From an uncultured Thermoplasmatales archaeon (GTDB lineage: Archaea; Thermoplasmatota; E2; DHVEG-1): DNA of 50,855 nucleotides. The stretch covers positions 1-50,855 of the forward strand of contig CAYMMP010000002.1 in NCBI GenBank assembly GCA_964391625.1, in the 5' to 3' direction. The position numbers and the translations under genes are program-made. The notes under the pieces are model-generated. The model was given only the letters and a program-made list of their open reading frames with translations. It was not told the origin of the DNA and did not search any database. Within the stretch, counting starts at the first letter, position 1, and each line of letters opens with the position of its first letter. This document shows positions 9,587 to 19,611 of the stretch, piece after piece.

Positions 9587-10444
9587 ATGAGATGTTTAGT
9601 TAAAAAAGTAATATTTATTATTAGTTTTTTATCACTTATGTCTATACTATTTCCAATAAGTTCAGCAAGAGTTGTAAAAAATAATAATTGTTTGACAATT
9701 AATCCAGATGCAAACTCAACTGCTCCAATTTCAAATTATAAAGCATGGAGAGTGGCAATAAATACCAGAGATAGAGAAGCTTTGGGCTATTATTTTGCAA
9801 AATATGCAAATGATGAAAAAGAATTATTTGTCAATAATACACATACTAAGATTTTAAATTTATTTAAAAATTGTAATGACCTTGAAGATTTTTTCAATGT
9901 GGGACAAAAATACTTTAAAGATGCCGAGAGAAAAAATCCAAATGCCTTGCCCCAATCAGAACTAAGACTTTCAAAAATAGTAGACGCAGTATCTGAAGGA
10001 AAAGAACTTTGGTGCCATCAACAGGCAATATTAATTGCAGCAGGTATAAAAGTTAGATTTTCTGAGTATAATTCAGTAGCAAATAAATTTGTTTTAAAAG
10101 AAGGTTACAATGATTTTGATATTAAGTTTATTAGAAGTTACGATGATAGTGGAATTTTAACAATTCCATGGAGAACCCATGTACAACTTATCATTGGAAG
10201 ATGGAACGGAACAGATTGCGATATAGAAATTGATACGTGGGACGAGTATTGTGGTAAAGGGTATGAGGATTCAGTAACAAACTCGATATTAGGTCTGGAA
10301 GATTCTACTACTGTAAGTTTAAACAACACGGATTCAAACAAATTCTCTGCTTTAAAGGAAGAAGGAATTACTAGCTTAACTCATACAATTATAACTCTAA
10401 TGAACTCAATTTTAAATAACATAGTTACAATTAAAAATGGTTAA
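9587..10444 (+). CDS. Secreted hypothetical protein, possibly transglutaminase-like Cys-His-Asp fold
   Basis: It has a signal peptide (IFIISFLSLMSILFPISSA). The spacing of ELWCHQQAILIAAGIKVRF ... WRTHVQLIIG ... IDTWDE resembles a transglutaminase core, recognised by eye only. Confidence 0.35.
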   Translation: MRCLVKKVIFIISFLSLMSILFPISSARVVKNNNCLTINPDANSTAPISNYKAWRVAINTRDREALGYYFAKYANDEKELFVNNTHTKILNLFKNCNDLEDFFNVGQKYFKDAERKNPNALPQSELRLSKIVDAVSEGKELWCHQQAILIAAGIKVRFSEYNSVANKFVLKEGYNDFDIKFIRSYDDSGILTIPWRTHVQLIIGRWNGTDCDIEIDTWDEYCGKGYEDSVTNSILGLEDSTTVSLNNTDSNKFSALKEEGITSLTHTIITLMNSILNNIVTIKNG

Positions 10445-10457
10445 AGAGCCTATAACT

Positions 10458-11399
10458 TTATTTTGTAATTATTGTACCAGTTTTTTCTTTAAACGCTTCC
10501 CATCCTTTGTCAACATGTGATATGATTACTTTCCTTCCACCAAAATTTAAAAATCTCTCAGCAGCAAGTATCTTTGGACCCATGCTTCCTTCTGGAAAAT
10601 GACCTTGATCATAATATTCTTTAATCTCATTCAAAGTAACATTTTTCAGAGATTTTTGAGTAGGTTTTCCATAGTTTAGATAAACATTTTCAACATTTGT
10701 TAAAATTAAAAGTAAATCGGCATTTATGGCTTCAGCAACCCTTTCTGAGGCAAGATCCTTATCAATCACGGCCTCTAAGCCATCAAGCCCCCATCCCTCC
10801 TTTTCTATGACAGGCATTCCTCCTCCACCACTAGCAATTACTATCACACCTTCGTCCAACATTCTTTTGATTATCTTGCCTTCAACAATAGACTTTGGAT
10901 CAGGTGAAGGGACAACGATTCTCCAACCATCTGGTTGTTTTCTAACCTTGTATCCTTCCTTCTTTAATTCTTCCACCTCTTCATCTGGATAGTAAGGGCC
11001 AATCGGCTTTGTTGGATTTTCAAAAGAAGGATCATTTTCATCAACAAGCACTTGAGTGACTAAAGTTACAACGCATTTATCTATATCTGCTTTTTTCAAA
11101 GCATTGCTAAGGCACTGCTGTAGCATATATCCTATCAATCCTTCACTCTCTGCCACACAAATTCCAAGTGGCATAGGGGGGGTAATATCGCGGGCAAGCT
11201 CATTTTGAAGAAGTATAGCACCTACCTGTGGACCGTTGCCATGGGTTATAACCACATCCCAACCCTCTTGTATAATTCTAACAATATGCTTCATTATCTC
11301 TCTTGTGTTTGCGAACTGCTCGTAAATTGTTCCGTCCTGACCTTTCTTAATCAGTGCATTACCTCCTAGTGCTACTACTGCCTTTTTTCGCATAAACAA
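10458..11399 (-). CDS. arcC: Carbamate kinase
   Basis: Motifs VVALGGNAL, THGNGPQVG and IASGGGGMPV are present, and the length is 313 aa. Confidence 0.9.
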   Translation of the reverse strand: MFMRKKAVVALGGNALIKKGQDGTIYEQFANTREIMKHIVRIIQEGWDVVITHGNGPQVGAILLQNELARDITPPMPLGICVAESEGLIGYMLQQCLSNALKKADIDKCVVTLVTQVLVDENDPSFENPTKPIGPYYPDEEVEELKKEGYKVRKQPDGWRIVVPSPDPKSIVEGKIIKRMLDEGVIVIASGGGGMPVIEKEGWGLDGLEAVIDKDLASERVAEAINADLLLILTNVENVYLNYGKPTQKSLKNVTLNEIKEYYDQGHFPEGSMGPKILAAERFLNFGGRKVIISHVDKGWEAFKEKTGTIITK

Positions 11400-11462
11400 T
11401 ACCTGTGAAACAAAATTAGTATAAAAATTATATACCTTAATATTGATTGTAAGCCAATAATT

Positions 11463-12104
11463 ATGTATTTAGAAGAAAAAAGAATAGAGCTAGTCAAAAG
11501 GCTTCGTATGCAAGGACGTATCAAAACCTTTGAAGTTGAGAAAGCTTTTTTAGAAGTGCCAAGAGAACTATTTATTCCTGAAAATCTAAAAAATTATTCT
11601 TATGTTGATACCCCATTGGAGATAGGAAATGGGCAAACAATTTCTGCACCACACATGGTGGCAATAATGTGTGAAGGACTGAATCTTAAAAAAGGGCAAA
11701 AAATACTGGAAATAGGTACAGGCTCTGGATATCACGCAGCAATTGTCTCAAAAATCATTGGAAAAAATGGACATGTATATACAATTGAAAGATTTGAAAG
11801 TCTTGCCAAAAATGCTAAAGAGAATCTGAAGAAAGCAAATATTAAAAATGTAACAGTCAAAATTGGTGATGGATCATTAGGGTTGCAAAAATATGCACCA
11901 TATGATAGGATTTATGTCACATGCGCAGCACCAGACACCCCTCCACCATTAATAGAACAGTTAAAGGATGGAGGGAAACTAATGGTGCCAGTTGGCGAAA
12001 CCATATGCGATCTTAAACTTTTAGAAAAAAAAGATAAAAAGATTGAAATAAAGAGTTTGGGTGGATGTGCTTTTGTTCCCTTGGTTGGAAAATATGGATA
12101 TTAA
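11463..12104 (+). CDS. pcm: Protein-L-isoaspartate O-methyltransferase
   Basis: It has the QTISAPHMVA and LEIGTGSGYHAA motifs. Confidence 0.9.
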   Translation: MYLEEKRIELVKRLRMQGRIKTFEVEKAFLEVPRELFIPENLKNYSYVDTPLEIGNGQTISAPHMVAIMCEGLNLKKGQKILEIGTGSGYHAAIVSKIIGKNGHVYTIERFESLAKNAKENLKKANIKNVTVKIGDGSLGLQKYAPYDRIYVTCAAPDTPPPLIEQLKDGGKLMVPVGETICDLKLLEKKDKKIEIKSLGGCAFVPLVGKYGY

Positions 12105-12604
12105 AGTTTGTAACCAATATCTCTCAGGAATTTTTTCCTCCAAGCAATGTCTTCTTTATTCTCAATTCCTTTTGGAATGAATCCATCTATTACTCCCAAT
12201 ATACCACGACCAATTCCACTTCCCTGCTTTGCCTCTGCAATAACTACTTTTGTTGGGTTTGCTGTTGCACAAAATATATTACATACTTCAGGGAGATTTT
12301 TTATTGAATTTAAAACATTTAATGGAAAACAATCTTTCATAAAAACAATAAAGCTGTGTCCTGCACTAAGGTTTAAAGCATTTTTTTCTGCTAACTTCTT
12401 TAACTCGGAATCATTTCCCTCACTTCTTATTTTACAAGCTCCACTTGCTTCGCAAAATGCTACTCCAAACTTAGCACTAGGAACAGAGTTTACCATTGCC
12501 TCATAGATATCCTCAACCGATTTAATAAAATGAGTTTGACCCAATATAAAATTCATATCATCTGGTTTGTCAATTTCCACCAGTTCTAATTTTATTTCCC
12601 CCAT
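12101..12604 (-). CDS. Adenosine-specific-kinase-like protein (PAE2307-type family)
   Basis: GQTHFIKSVEDIYEAM, KFGVAFCEASG, AGHSFIVF, PLNVLNSIKNLPEV and FCATANP match my memory of this family. Confidence 0.6.
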   Translation of the reverse strand: MGEIKLELVEIDKPDDMNFILGQTHFIKSVEDIYEAMVNSVPSAKFGVAFCEASGACKIRSEGNDSELKKLAEKNALNLSAGHSFIVFMKDCFPLNVLNSIKNLPEVCNIFCATANPTKVVIAEAKQGSGIGRGILGVIDGFIPKGIENKEDIAWRKKFLRDIGYKL

Positions 12605-13010
12605 AACAACATACCTCAGTTTAACGAATATTAGATACGTTATATAAAATTATAGTGTAAAACAGTTTATCCAGAGGTTGGCTTATAATTTTTAAATAAA
12701 CTAAAAATTGCATAGATTCCAAAAATAAGAGATACAGGGATTATTAGAAATTCAATGGAGGCTTCACCAAAATTATTAATGTTTATTGTAACAGCACCGC
12801 TGTCGGAGAAATAGGCGGACAAGAACGTTATATACAATACAACACTGTTTGATATTAAGCTACCAACACCGATTGCAACGATTAAAGCCTGTTTTTGGTT
12901 AATGCTCTACTCACCAATACTATTTCTGAAATTTTTGTTTTATAAGGCTTGTTTGACAAGTATTATCAAAAATATTTTAAAAAAATAAAAAAAGGATAGA
13001 AAGCTTTAGT

Positions 13011-16000
13011 TTATTTTTTGTTTTTTGGTGGTTTATTTTCCATGTAGAGGAATCCTGTTTTGAATAGTAATCCTATTATCACCCAGATTACTATTACTGT
13101 TACCAGTATTACCATTACCCATGGTATTTCATTTGCTGGGGGTTTCGCTGTTGGTTTTCCTGATGTCTGCGTATTTATTATATAGTTTGCTGTATCCTGC
13201 CTCATGTTGCCCTCATTATCTTCAACTACTATACTAAGGGCGTATTCTTTGTTTTCAAGGTTTTCTGCGGGCGTGTATGCAAATGTTTTATTATCTTTTG
13301 TTGATAGGACGATTGTTCCTCCATTAAATGTTGAGGCTTGTATTATTACTGGTTCTTGGTAGACTACTGTTATTGTTGGTTTCAGTGTAGTTATTGTTGT
13401 TCCTGATTCTGGGTTAAATGTTGGTGGCAGTATTGTATAGTTATAGATGAAATTGTATTCTGTATCCGGATCATCCAATACGTAGATTTTACCATTTTTT
13501 CTCCATATATTATCTGAACTGATTGTTCTTCCATCAGATGTCTCTACTGTTAACTCATATTCTGGATAATCGTCAGTTGTATCAAGATATATCCATTGGT
13601 TTTGCGACTTATTAATAGACACTGTAATGGTTATCTCTTCATTTTCTACATCGATTGTAGTTTGAGTTTCAGCAACAGGCGCGTGGGTGATAAATGTTAT
13701 ATCATCTGTAGTTGGATCCCAGAAGAATTCAGGTATGTCGTCATCATCTGTTGAGATCAAAAATGTTGTAACAGAATTAACTGACACAGTATCTATTGAT
13801 GTTAGTTGATTATTTGGGTCAGTAAATGTATCAACTGTTCCATCACCATTAGTATCATTTACGTAAAATGATAATTCCAAATCTATGTTATATTTGGAGC
13901 TTATAGACTCAAGTGTTGTTGACGAAGATGAAGTGTTAGCATCTGAGGTAGTTGTATCCTCTTCTTCAGACGCATCATCTTGAATGGTTATACCAGTACT
14001 ACCACCTCCCGTAGTTCCACCAGAATCTCCACCACTGGATGAATCTGTTGTCTCATTAGCTGATGCATTTAAGACACTCCAAGTCCCATCTGTGCTATTA
14101 AAAGCCCAAGCTCTATAATAGTACTTTGTAGAAGAACTTAAACTCGAGCTGGTGGTAGAAGAACCTGTACCGTTATAAACATTGGTTCCGTCAGAAATAT
14201 TTATTGGATAGCTACTAGTTTTTCTTTGTATTCTAGTATAATCTGAATAATTACCTTTGGTCCAAGAGAGACCGATACTTGATGAACTTGCCACCGTAGC
14301 TGTGAAACTTCTTGGTTCATCAGGCCGATATTGGGTTCTTGTTGTGAACTGATATGTTGTGTTATCCCAATATGTGCCATCTGTAAGATTAACACTCCAC
14401 CAATAAGTTGTATTATATCCGCTAAAGTTACTATTCGTCTGTGAAATATTTGTATTATTGTTACTGATATTTGTATTGGTTCCAAATTCAATCCAATCGC
14501 CACTACTATTACTCAACCAAGTTGCAGTCATTGTATCAGCTGTATCATTATCCCTACAAACAACATATACTGTGGATAACGGGTCTATATTTGTTGAACC
14601 ACTACTTGGAGACTCTCCTGTTTTATATGGAATGGCTTTTGTTTTTACGTTTGACGAAGAATTGTCTGGAGACCAATATTCATTTGTTTGGTTCCAACTC
14701 CACGCCTTATAATAGTAGGTTGTATCTTCCGTTAATAATGTGTCTGAAATAGCTGTACCAGTACCATTATAAACATTGGTTCCGTCAGAAATATTTATTG
14801 GATAGCTACTAGTTTTTCTTTGTATTCTAGTATAATCTGCTTTTGTACCTAATGACCAAGTTAAATATATCTCAGAAGTGCTGTTGGCAATTGCAGTAAA
14901 GCTACTTGGAGGATCTGGTTCTTCTCCAGTAACCTCAGGTCCAACTCCTGAAAAGTGAGGAATCTTAATCCAAATAGTACAATTTGATACATCTTTGTAT
15001 CCAATGCCATTACTAAGAGTTGGATTATTTGGGTCGCAAAGAACTCCAGTACCGTTTAAATATGCCTCATATTGTGTACCTAGATAATCTCCATAGGAAG
15101 TGTTTAAAGTGGAATCATTTCTAATTATATCAATTGTATCGCCTGCAGTAGCATTCCAAATTACATTAAATTCATTGTCATAGAGTAATGGTATGTCAAC
15201 TTTAACTGTCTTATTTACCAAAGTTTGGTTCAAAGGCATTCCGACAAGTACATAGTCATAAATCTCAGGACCTTGGCTACCAAATTGCCAAGCTGCAGCA
15301 AGACCTCCATCTGTCTTTTCTGACTCTGTAGAAAATGCAGCATCTGGTGGACCTGATGCAAGTAAGTCAACGTTGGCATAGTATACATAAATCCAACCTT
15401 CTGAAGTCTGTGACTTAATCATCAAACTAATGTCGCCCTTAAGAATCGCCTTAAATGGTGAAAAATCATCCTTTTGTATCTCTCCCGATGCATTGTCGTC
15501 ATCTCCCTCATCAGCACAAAGGTCACAATATTCTGGTGGATTTGGTACGTTACAAGTTTCATTTGATTTCAACATCTGCATCATAAATGATGCATTCTTA
15601 CCTAGCGGATCATAATTCCCAAAGGACCTCATTGTTATATTGCAGACGCCGTTTGAGCAAGTTATTGTACTTGTATTGGTTGAGCCGTTTAAAACACTGG
15701 CACTAACTGGTGTAGAGATAGGTGCATATTGTTGAGAATAAATTACCAATTTTTTAATCGATTCTCCTTCAACCAGAGAGATATTAAACAAACCACTTTG
15801 TCCATTAATCATCTGATTATAATCCTGTCCATTTAATTCTCTTTTAACTTCTACAAACGGATTTTCATTGCTCAATAACTCACCATTGCTAACAAGTCTA
15901 AATAGAACAGATGTTGTATTGACAATATCTGTTGAATTCCATCGATCAGAAACATTATTCGATGAGATTATTCTAGTTTGGCCTTGAATCATTGGTTGCA

Positions 16001-18602
16001 TACTGAAATTAAGAACAGAGGCACTCAGATTTCCAAGTGAAGCAGAAACGTTAGCAGATCCCATGTAAAAGCCTGTTTCGTTTCTTACATATGCCCTTAA
16101 AAGCAAATACGAAGATGCAACAGTCGCTGGTAATGTTATATTGTACCATCCTGTCGAAAGATTGTAAACATCTTCATTGCCATCACCCGTTTCATTTCCA
16201 AGATTAAATGGTAGTGCCCAATCCTCAAATACCATATCTTGATCTTCCATAGTATATGCAACCACACGCATATCAAGTGGATCGGTAACATTATTGAAAA
16301 ATCCAGTTAATGGTCTGTTTGTTGATGAAACGTTTATTGAAACATTTATTAGATAAGTTCCATTGTAGCCCATGTAACTGGTTTGCACACCATCTTGATC
16401 AAGACTACCGTTAGCAGCACAAGTTGTCGCAATATTGTTAAATCTAATGCTTATAGGAAAAGACTGATCCGCAAAAACACTGAATGAATAATTACGATTT
16501 TTTGGAACAGAAAATGTTCTTTCACCGCCCATTGTATTATATTCTTTTACCTGATAACCTAATTTCTGATCTTTGACCATAAGTGAAAAGTTTTTTGGCC
16601 CATATGTAATTTCCATTTGATGAGAAGTGTCGTTCCAATTGTATATCGGCCCAGTTACATTTACTCTAAATGTTAATGCGGGCTTTAGGTATATCTCAGG
16701 ATCTTGCAACATACTGATATACTCAGTTATTGGAACATATGGTAGAGTTGCTGAAATATTAACTGCAAGAGTTGGATAAGTTCCACTATTCTCCTGAGCG
16801 CTTAATTGATAGAATAAACCTCCATCACCACCTCCTGGGCCCATGGGTCCACTGAGGTTAAGCGTAGAAACATCTTCTGTGGTTGGAATGTTTGTAATAT
16901 TATAAACGCCGGTACTATTCGTATATCCTGAAAATGATCCTAGACTTGTACATCCATCCATACCAAAGCTTTGTACAGTGATATTAGCTAATGCCCCAAC
17001 TATAGGTTGGTTGTTTGAGTCTTTTATAGTTCCATACGAATAGAAAGTTGTTGTTGTAAATACAGTTTTACTAATTGTTTGTGATGTATTGTCATCTCCA
17101 TAAACGATTGTAATATTAAATTGATATGAACCCAATGGCGCATTTGATGAAGCGTTAAATGAAAAGTAGCTATCTTGTGAAAAGAAGAATCCATCCTGAT
17201 TATTTTTTTCCCAAACAATCAAATCATCCGTATTATATACGGTGATGTTGGAAGTATCGCCAAGATTTGTCCAATTATTTTCTTGGCATGTATAACCTGT
17301 TGGTAGGTCAACAGTTACATTAGTTAAACGTGATTCAGGACTGCCATATAGTATAAGATGGATAGTGAAATTTTGCTCAGTGTTGTTCATAATATATGCT
17401 GGTGAAACACTAGATTGCCACTCATCTAGATAAATTGAGTCATCGCCTCCTGGACCTGGGCCACCACCAGAACCTAATGTTATATTTTCCCATCTAGTTT
17501 GATTTTCTGAAATGGTAACATTATTTATTGTATGCGATTCGCAACCCTCCTTAAATGCCTCAATATCATAGGTTCCAACTGTTACATTATCATCAAAAAT
17601 ATATACACCAGTATCATTTGATATAACAATCTGTGGCATCTGTTGTTCATCAGTCCTATTTAACATAACTGAAGCTCCAGGCAACGGATCATCTAGATAA
17701 TCTTTCACAATGCCTCTAATTGTACCAGTTCCATTTCCATCTTGTGGGGGGCCGCCACCTGATCCATTTTCTGTAGTGAACCACCAAGATGGGCCAGTTG
17801 TGCCTGCCCCATTATCATCCCATGCAATTATATACCAATAATAGGTGGTATTATACTCAAGAGTTCCAGGATTGTAGCTCGTATTTGATGTATTTTCCAA
17901 TACTTGGCCGGGAGGTGTAGAATTTGCAAAATAAACATTATAAGTTAAAGGATCGCCATCAGGATCAGTACAATTCCAACTAATATTTGTTGAAATAAGA
18001 GAGTTACTACTTCCGTTAGAAGGAATCTCCATAGTGGGCGAATCAGGTGCATTGTTGCCCCCTCCAACATCACCCAATATTGTAAGAGTAATGTACCCTA
18101 TTTCTATATCCCCATCTAATTCACTACTAGGATCTTCAGAAACATTTATTGTATCTCCATTTGATACTTGCAATATTGAATCAGACCCAGGTCCTGAAGC
18201 ATTTTGAGTTGAGTTGACATGACTTACATTAAAAAATCCCCAGTACTCTCCATCTCCAGCTGTATTATTTTCAAAAGGGGGATTTGTATCATTGTCAGAT
18301 ACAGGAACTACAACCCACTCGCCTGTGTTTTCGTTTAATGCTTTAAGACAATAATATTGACCTACAGGGTCCCCAGTTATGTTGTCAACTGTAATATTTA
18401 CGAAAATTTGACTTTCATTAGAAAAATCTATTGTTTGATTCAAATATCCTATATATTCATAGGTTTGTATAACATCATTTCCACCTTCTGCAGACGCAGT
18501 GTATGAAAAAATATTTAAAGATCCAATAATCAATATTACTAAGATATAACTGCTTACTATTTTTTTAAAAATATATTTTAATTTATGATTATTTTTGTAC
18601 AT
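13011..18602 (-). CDS. Giant (about 1860 aa) secreted, C-terminally membrane-anchored, heavily N-glycosylatable surface protein with FN3/PKD-like and CarboxypepD_reg-like modules
   Basis: The likely start is ATG 18602 (MYKNNHKLKYIFKKIVSSYILVILIIGSLNIFSYTASA signal peptide); the track start at 18722 adds 40 non-signal residues. There are dozens of N-x-S/T sequons. It has a PKD/FN3-like module (WNCTDPDGDPLTYNVYF...YYWYIIAWDD), a CarboxypepD_reg-like module (GTIRGIVKD...GTYDIEAFKEG), repeated FN3 modules, an S/T/G/D-rich linker and a C-terminal TM anchor (PWVMVILVTVIVIWVIIGLLF) followed by a basic tail. Confidence 0.8.
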   Translation of the reverse strand: MYKNNHKLKYIFKKIVSSYILVILIIGSLNIFSYTASAEGGNDVIQTYEYIGYLNQTIDFSNESQIFVNITVDNITGDPVGQYYCLKALNENTGEWVVVPVSDNDTNPPFENNTAGDGEYWGFFNVSHVNSTQNASGPGSDSILQVSNGDTINVSEDPSSELDGDIEIGYITLTILGDVGGGNNAPDSPTMEIPSNGSSNSLISTNISWNCTDPDGDPLTYNVYFANSTPPGQVLENTSNTSYNPGTLEYNTTYYWYIIAWDDNGAGTTGPSWWFTTENGSGGGPPQDGNGTGTIRGIVKDYLDDPLPGASVMLNRTDEQQMPQIVISNDTGVYIFDDNVTVGTYDIEAFKEGCESHTINNVTISENQTRWENITLGSGGGPGPGGDDSIYLDEWQSSVSPAYIMNNTEQNFTIHLILYGSPESRLTNVTVDLPTGYTCQENNWTNLGDTSNITVYNTDDLIVWEKNNQDGFFFSQDSYFSFNASSNAPLGSYQFNITIVYGDDNTSQTISKTVFTTTTFYSYGTIKDSNNQPIVGALANITVQSFGMDGCTSLGSFSGYTNSTGVYNITNIPTTEDVSTLNLSGPMGPGGGDGGLFYQLSAQENSGTYPTLAVNISATLPYVPITEYISMLQDPEIYLKPALTFRVNVTGPIYNWNDTSHQMEITYGPKNFSLMVKDQKLGYQVKEYNTMGGERTFSVPKNRNYSFSVFADQSFPISIRFNNIATTCAANGSLDQDGVQTSYMGYNGTYLINVSINVSSTNRPLTGFFNNVTDPLDMRVVAYTMEDQDMVFEDWALPFNLGNETGDGNEDVYNLSTGWYNITLPATVASSYLLLRAYVRNETGFYMGSANVSASLGNLSASVLNFSMQPMIQGQTRIISSNNVSDRWNSTDIVNTTSVLFRLVSNGELLSNENPFVEVKRELNGQDYNQMINGQSGLFNISLVEGESIKKLVIYSQQYAPISTPVSASVLNGSTNTSTITCSNGVCNITMRSFGNYDPLGKNASFMMQMLKSNETCNVPNPPEYCDLCADEGDDDNASGEIQKDDFSPFKAILKGDISLMIKSQTSEGWIYVYYANVDLLASGPPDAAFSTESEKTDGGLAAAWQFGSQGPEIYDYVLVGMPLNQTLVNKTVKVDIPLLYDNEFNVIWNATAGDTIDIIRNDSTLNTSYGDYLGTQYEAYLNGTGVLCDPNNPTLSNGIGYKDVSNCTIWIKIPHFSGVGPEVTGEEPDPPSSFTAIANSTSEIYLTWSLGTKADYTRIQRKTSSYPINISDGTNVYNGTGTAISDTLLTEDTTYYYKAWSWNQTNEYWSPDNSSSNVKTKAIPYKTGESPSSGSTNIDPLSTVYVVCRDNDTADTMTATWLSNSSGDWIEFGTNTNISNNNTNISQTNSNFSGYNTTYWWSVNLTDGTYWDNTTYQFTTRTQYRPDEPRSFTATVASSSSIGLSWTKGNYSDYTRIQRKTSSYPINISDGTNVYNGTGSSTTSSSLSSSTKYYYRAWAFNSTDGTWSVLNASANETTDSSSGGDSGGTTGGGSTGITIQDDASEEEDTTTSDANTSSSSTTLESISSKYNIDLELSFYVNDTNGDGTVDTFTDPNNQLTSIDTVSVNSVTTFLISTDDDDIPEFFWDPTTDDITFITHAPVAETQTTIDVENEEITITVSINKSQNQWIYLDTTDDYPEYELTVETSDGRTISSDNIWRKNGKIYVLDDPDTEYNFIYNYTILPPTFNPESGTTITTLKPTITVVYQEPVIIQASTFNGGTIVLSTKDNKTFAYTPAENLENKEYALSIVVEDNEGNMRQDTANYIINTQTSGKPTAKPPANEIPWVMVILVTVIVIWVIIGLLFKTGFLYMENKPPKNKK
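14173..14245. repeat. 73-nt perfect intragenic repeat, copy 1 (partner at 14767-14839)
   Basis: The identical string ttataaacattggttccgtcagaaatatttattggatagctactagtttttctttgtattctagtataatctg occurs at both sites, 594 nt apart. It encodes IQRKTSSYPINISDGTNVYNG in two adjacent FN3-like modules. Confidence 0.85.
14767..14839. repeat. 73-nt perfect intragenic repeat, copy 2
   Basis: See the partner copy at 14173-14245. Confidence 0.85.
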
Positions 18603-18742
18603 CCCAATCACTTCCCATCCAGATATATTAATATAAAAAGAATCTATTACATCATTTTTATACATTTTATTTATGTAATTATGCATATGCATAACTATCT
18701 GTATAACTATCTGAACGAGCAAATTATTTTATAAATAAAAAA

Positions 18743-18922
18743 TTATTTTGTATACTTTTTGCTCCAACGAACTTTTCGAGGTACGCGCTTTAGATTAAGC
18801 ATGTTTTTTTGGCATTTGCTTTTACAGAAATAAAGTACGGTACCATCTTTCTTGCAGAATAGTTTACCAGTTCCGGGTTCAATTTCGTTTCCACAAAATG
18901 AACATTTCCTTCTCTCGACCAT
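18743..18922 (-). CDS. rpl24e: 50S ribosomal protein L24e
   Basis: The zinc ribbon CSFCGNEIEPGTGKLFCKKDGTVLYFCKSKCQKN is present. I chose the internal ATG (MVERRK...) because the track start at 18952 would overlap the S28e gene. Confidence 0.85.
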   Translation of the reverse strand: MVERRKCSFCGNEIEPGTGKLFCKKDGTVLYFCKSKCQKNMLNLKRVPRKVRWSKKYTK

Positions 18923-18935
18923 AAAATCAATACCT

Positions 18936-19151
18936 CTATCTTGGTCCGCCAAGTCTTTTAGCTTCTCTCTGGGTTTCGCTTAGCATAAGTATATCACCAA
19001 GTCTTACTGGACCTATAACATTACGTGTGATAATTTTACCTTTATCCATGCCATCCAGTACCCTGACCTTTACCTGTAAAGCTTCACCGGCCATACCAGT
19101 ACGGTCAATAATTTCGACAACTTCACAGGGTGTTCCTTCGATTTCTACCAT
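18936..19151 (-). CDS. rps28e: 30S ribosomal protein S28e
   Basis: [28 protein letters not shown]...[17 protein letters not shown] is typical of S28e. Confidence 0.9.
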   Translation of the reverse strand: MVEIEGTPCEVVEIIDRTGMAGEALQVKVRVLDGMDKGKIITRNVIGPVRLGDILMLSETQREAKRLGGPR

Positions 19152-19155
19152 GTTC

Positions 19156-19527
19156 TTATCCCTGTTTCTTTAAACCTTCTAATTTTTTTACTAGGCTTTC
19201 AATTCCTGCTTTATCTTTGCCAAGATTTAAGATTGCCACAGAAGCAGTGCTTACCTTCAAGCCTGCTGATTTCCCCAGTTCATCTTTACTTGGAACATAA
19301 GCATAAGGAATATTTTTTTCTTCGCAAAGAATTGGCATATGAGCTAAAATTTCCTCTGGCGTGACGTCTTCAGCCATAACAACAAGCTTTGCTTGTCCAC
19401 GCTCAACTTGCTTGGTGGCCTCATTTGCCCCCTTGCTTATTTTTCCATTATCTCTAGCTTTTTCTACAAGATCATAGGCTAAATCTTGTACATCTTTTGG
19501 TGTTTGAAATCTTACATACATTGCCAT
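19156..19527 (-). CDS. rpl7ae: 50S ribosomal protein L7Ae (K-turn binding)
   Basis: It has [24 protein letters not shown] and sits in the conserved L7Ae-S28e-L24e order. Confidence 0.9.
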   Translation of the reverse strand: MAMYVRFQTPKDVQDLAYDLVEKARDNGKISKGANEATKQVERGQAKLVVMAEDVTPEEILAHMPILCEEKNIPYAYVPSKDELGKSAGLKVSTASVAILNLGKDKAGIESLVKKLEGLKKQG

Positions 19528-19611
19528 TGTTTAGCCTCCTTTTTGAAGCTTTCATAGATTCATCCTTGTTATAGGATGTAAAATGGGGAATGTGGGGCTC
19601 ATATAAATATT

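Noticed and set aside
14201-17218. Several 60-100-aa ORFs nested in or antisense to the giant surface-protein gene (14201..14503, 14458..14712, 14471..14752, 15430..15615, 17024..17218).
   Set aside because: All lie inside a long, continuous, domain-bearing reading frame and are frame-shifted or antisense shadows of it.
19528-19611. Possible autoregulatory K-turn in the L7Ae 5' leader.
   Set aside because: On the mRNA strand I found only a plain 6-bp hairpin (CAUCCU/AGGAUG), without the tandem sheared G-A pairs and 3-nt bulge that define a K-turn.
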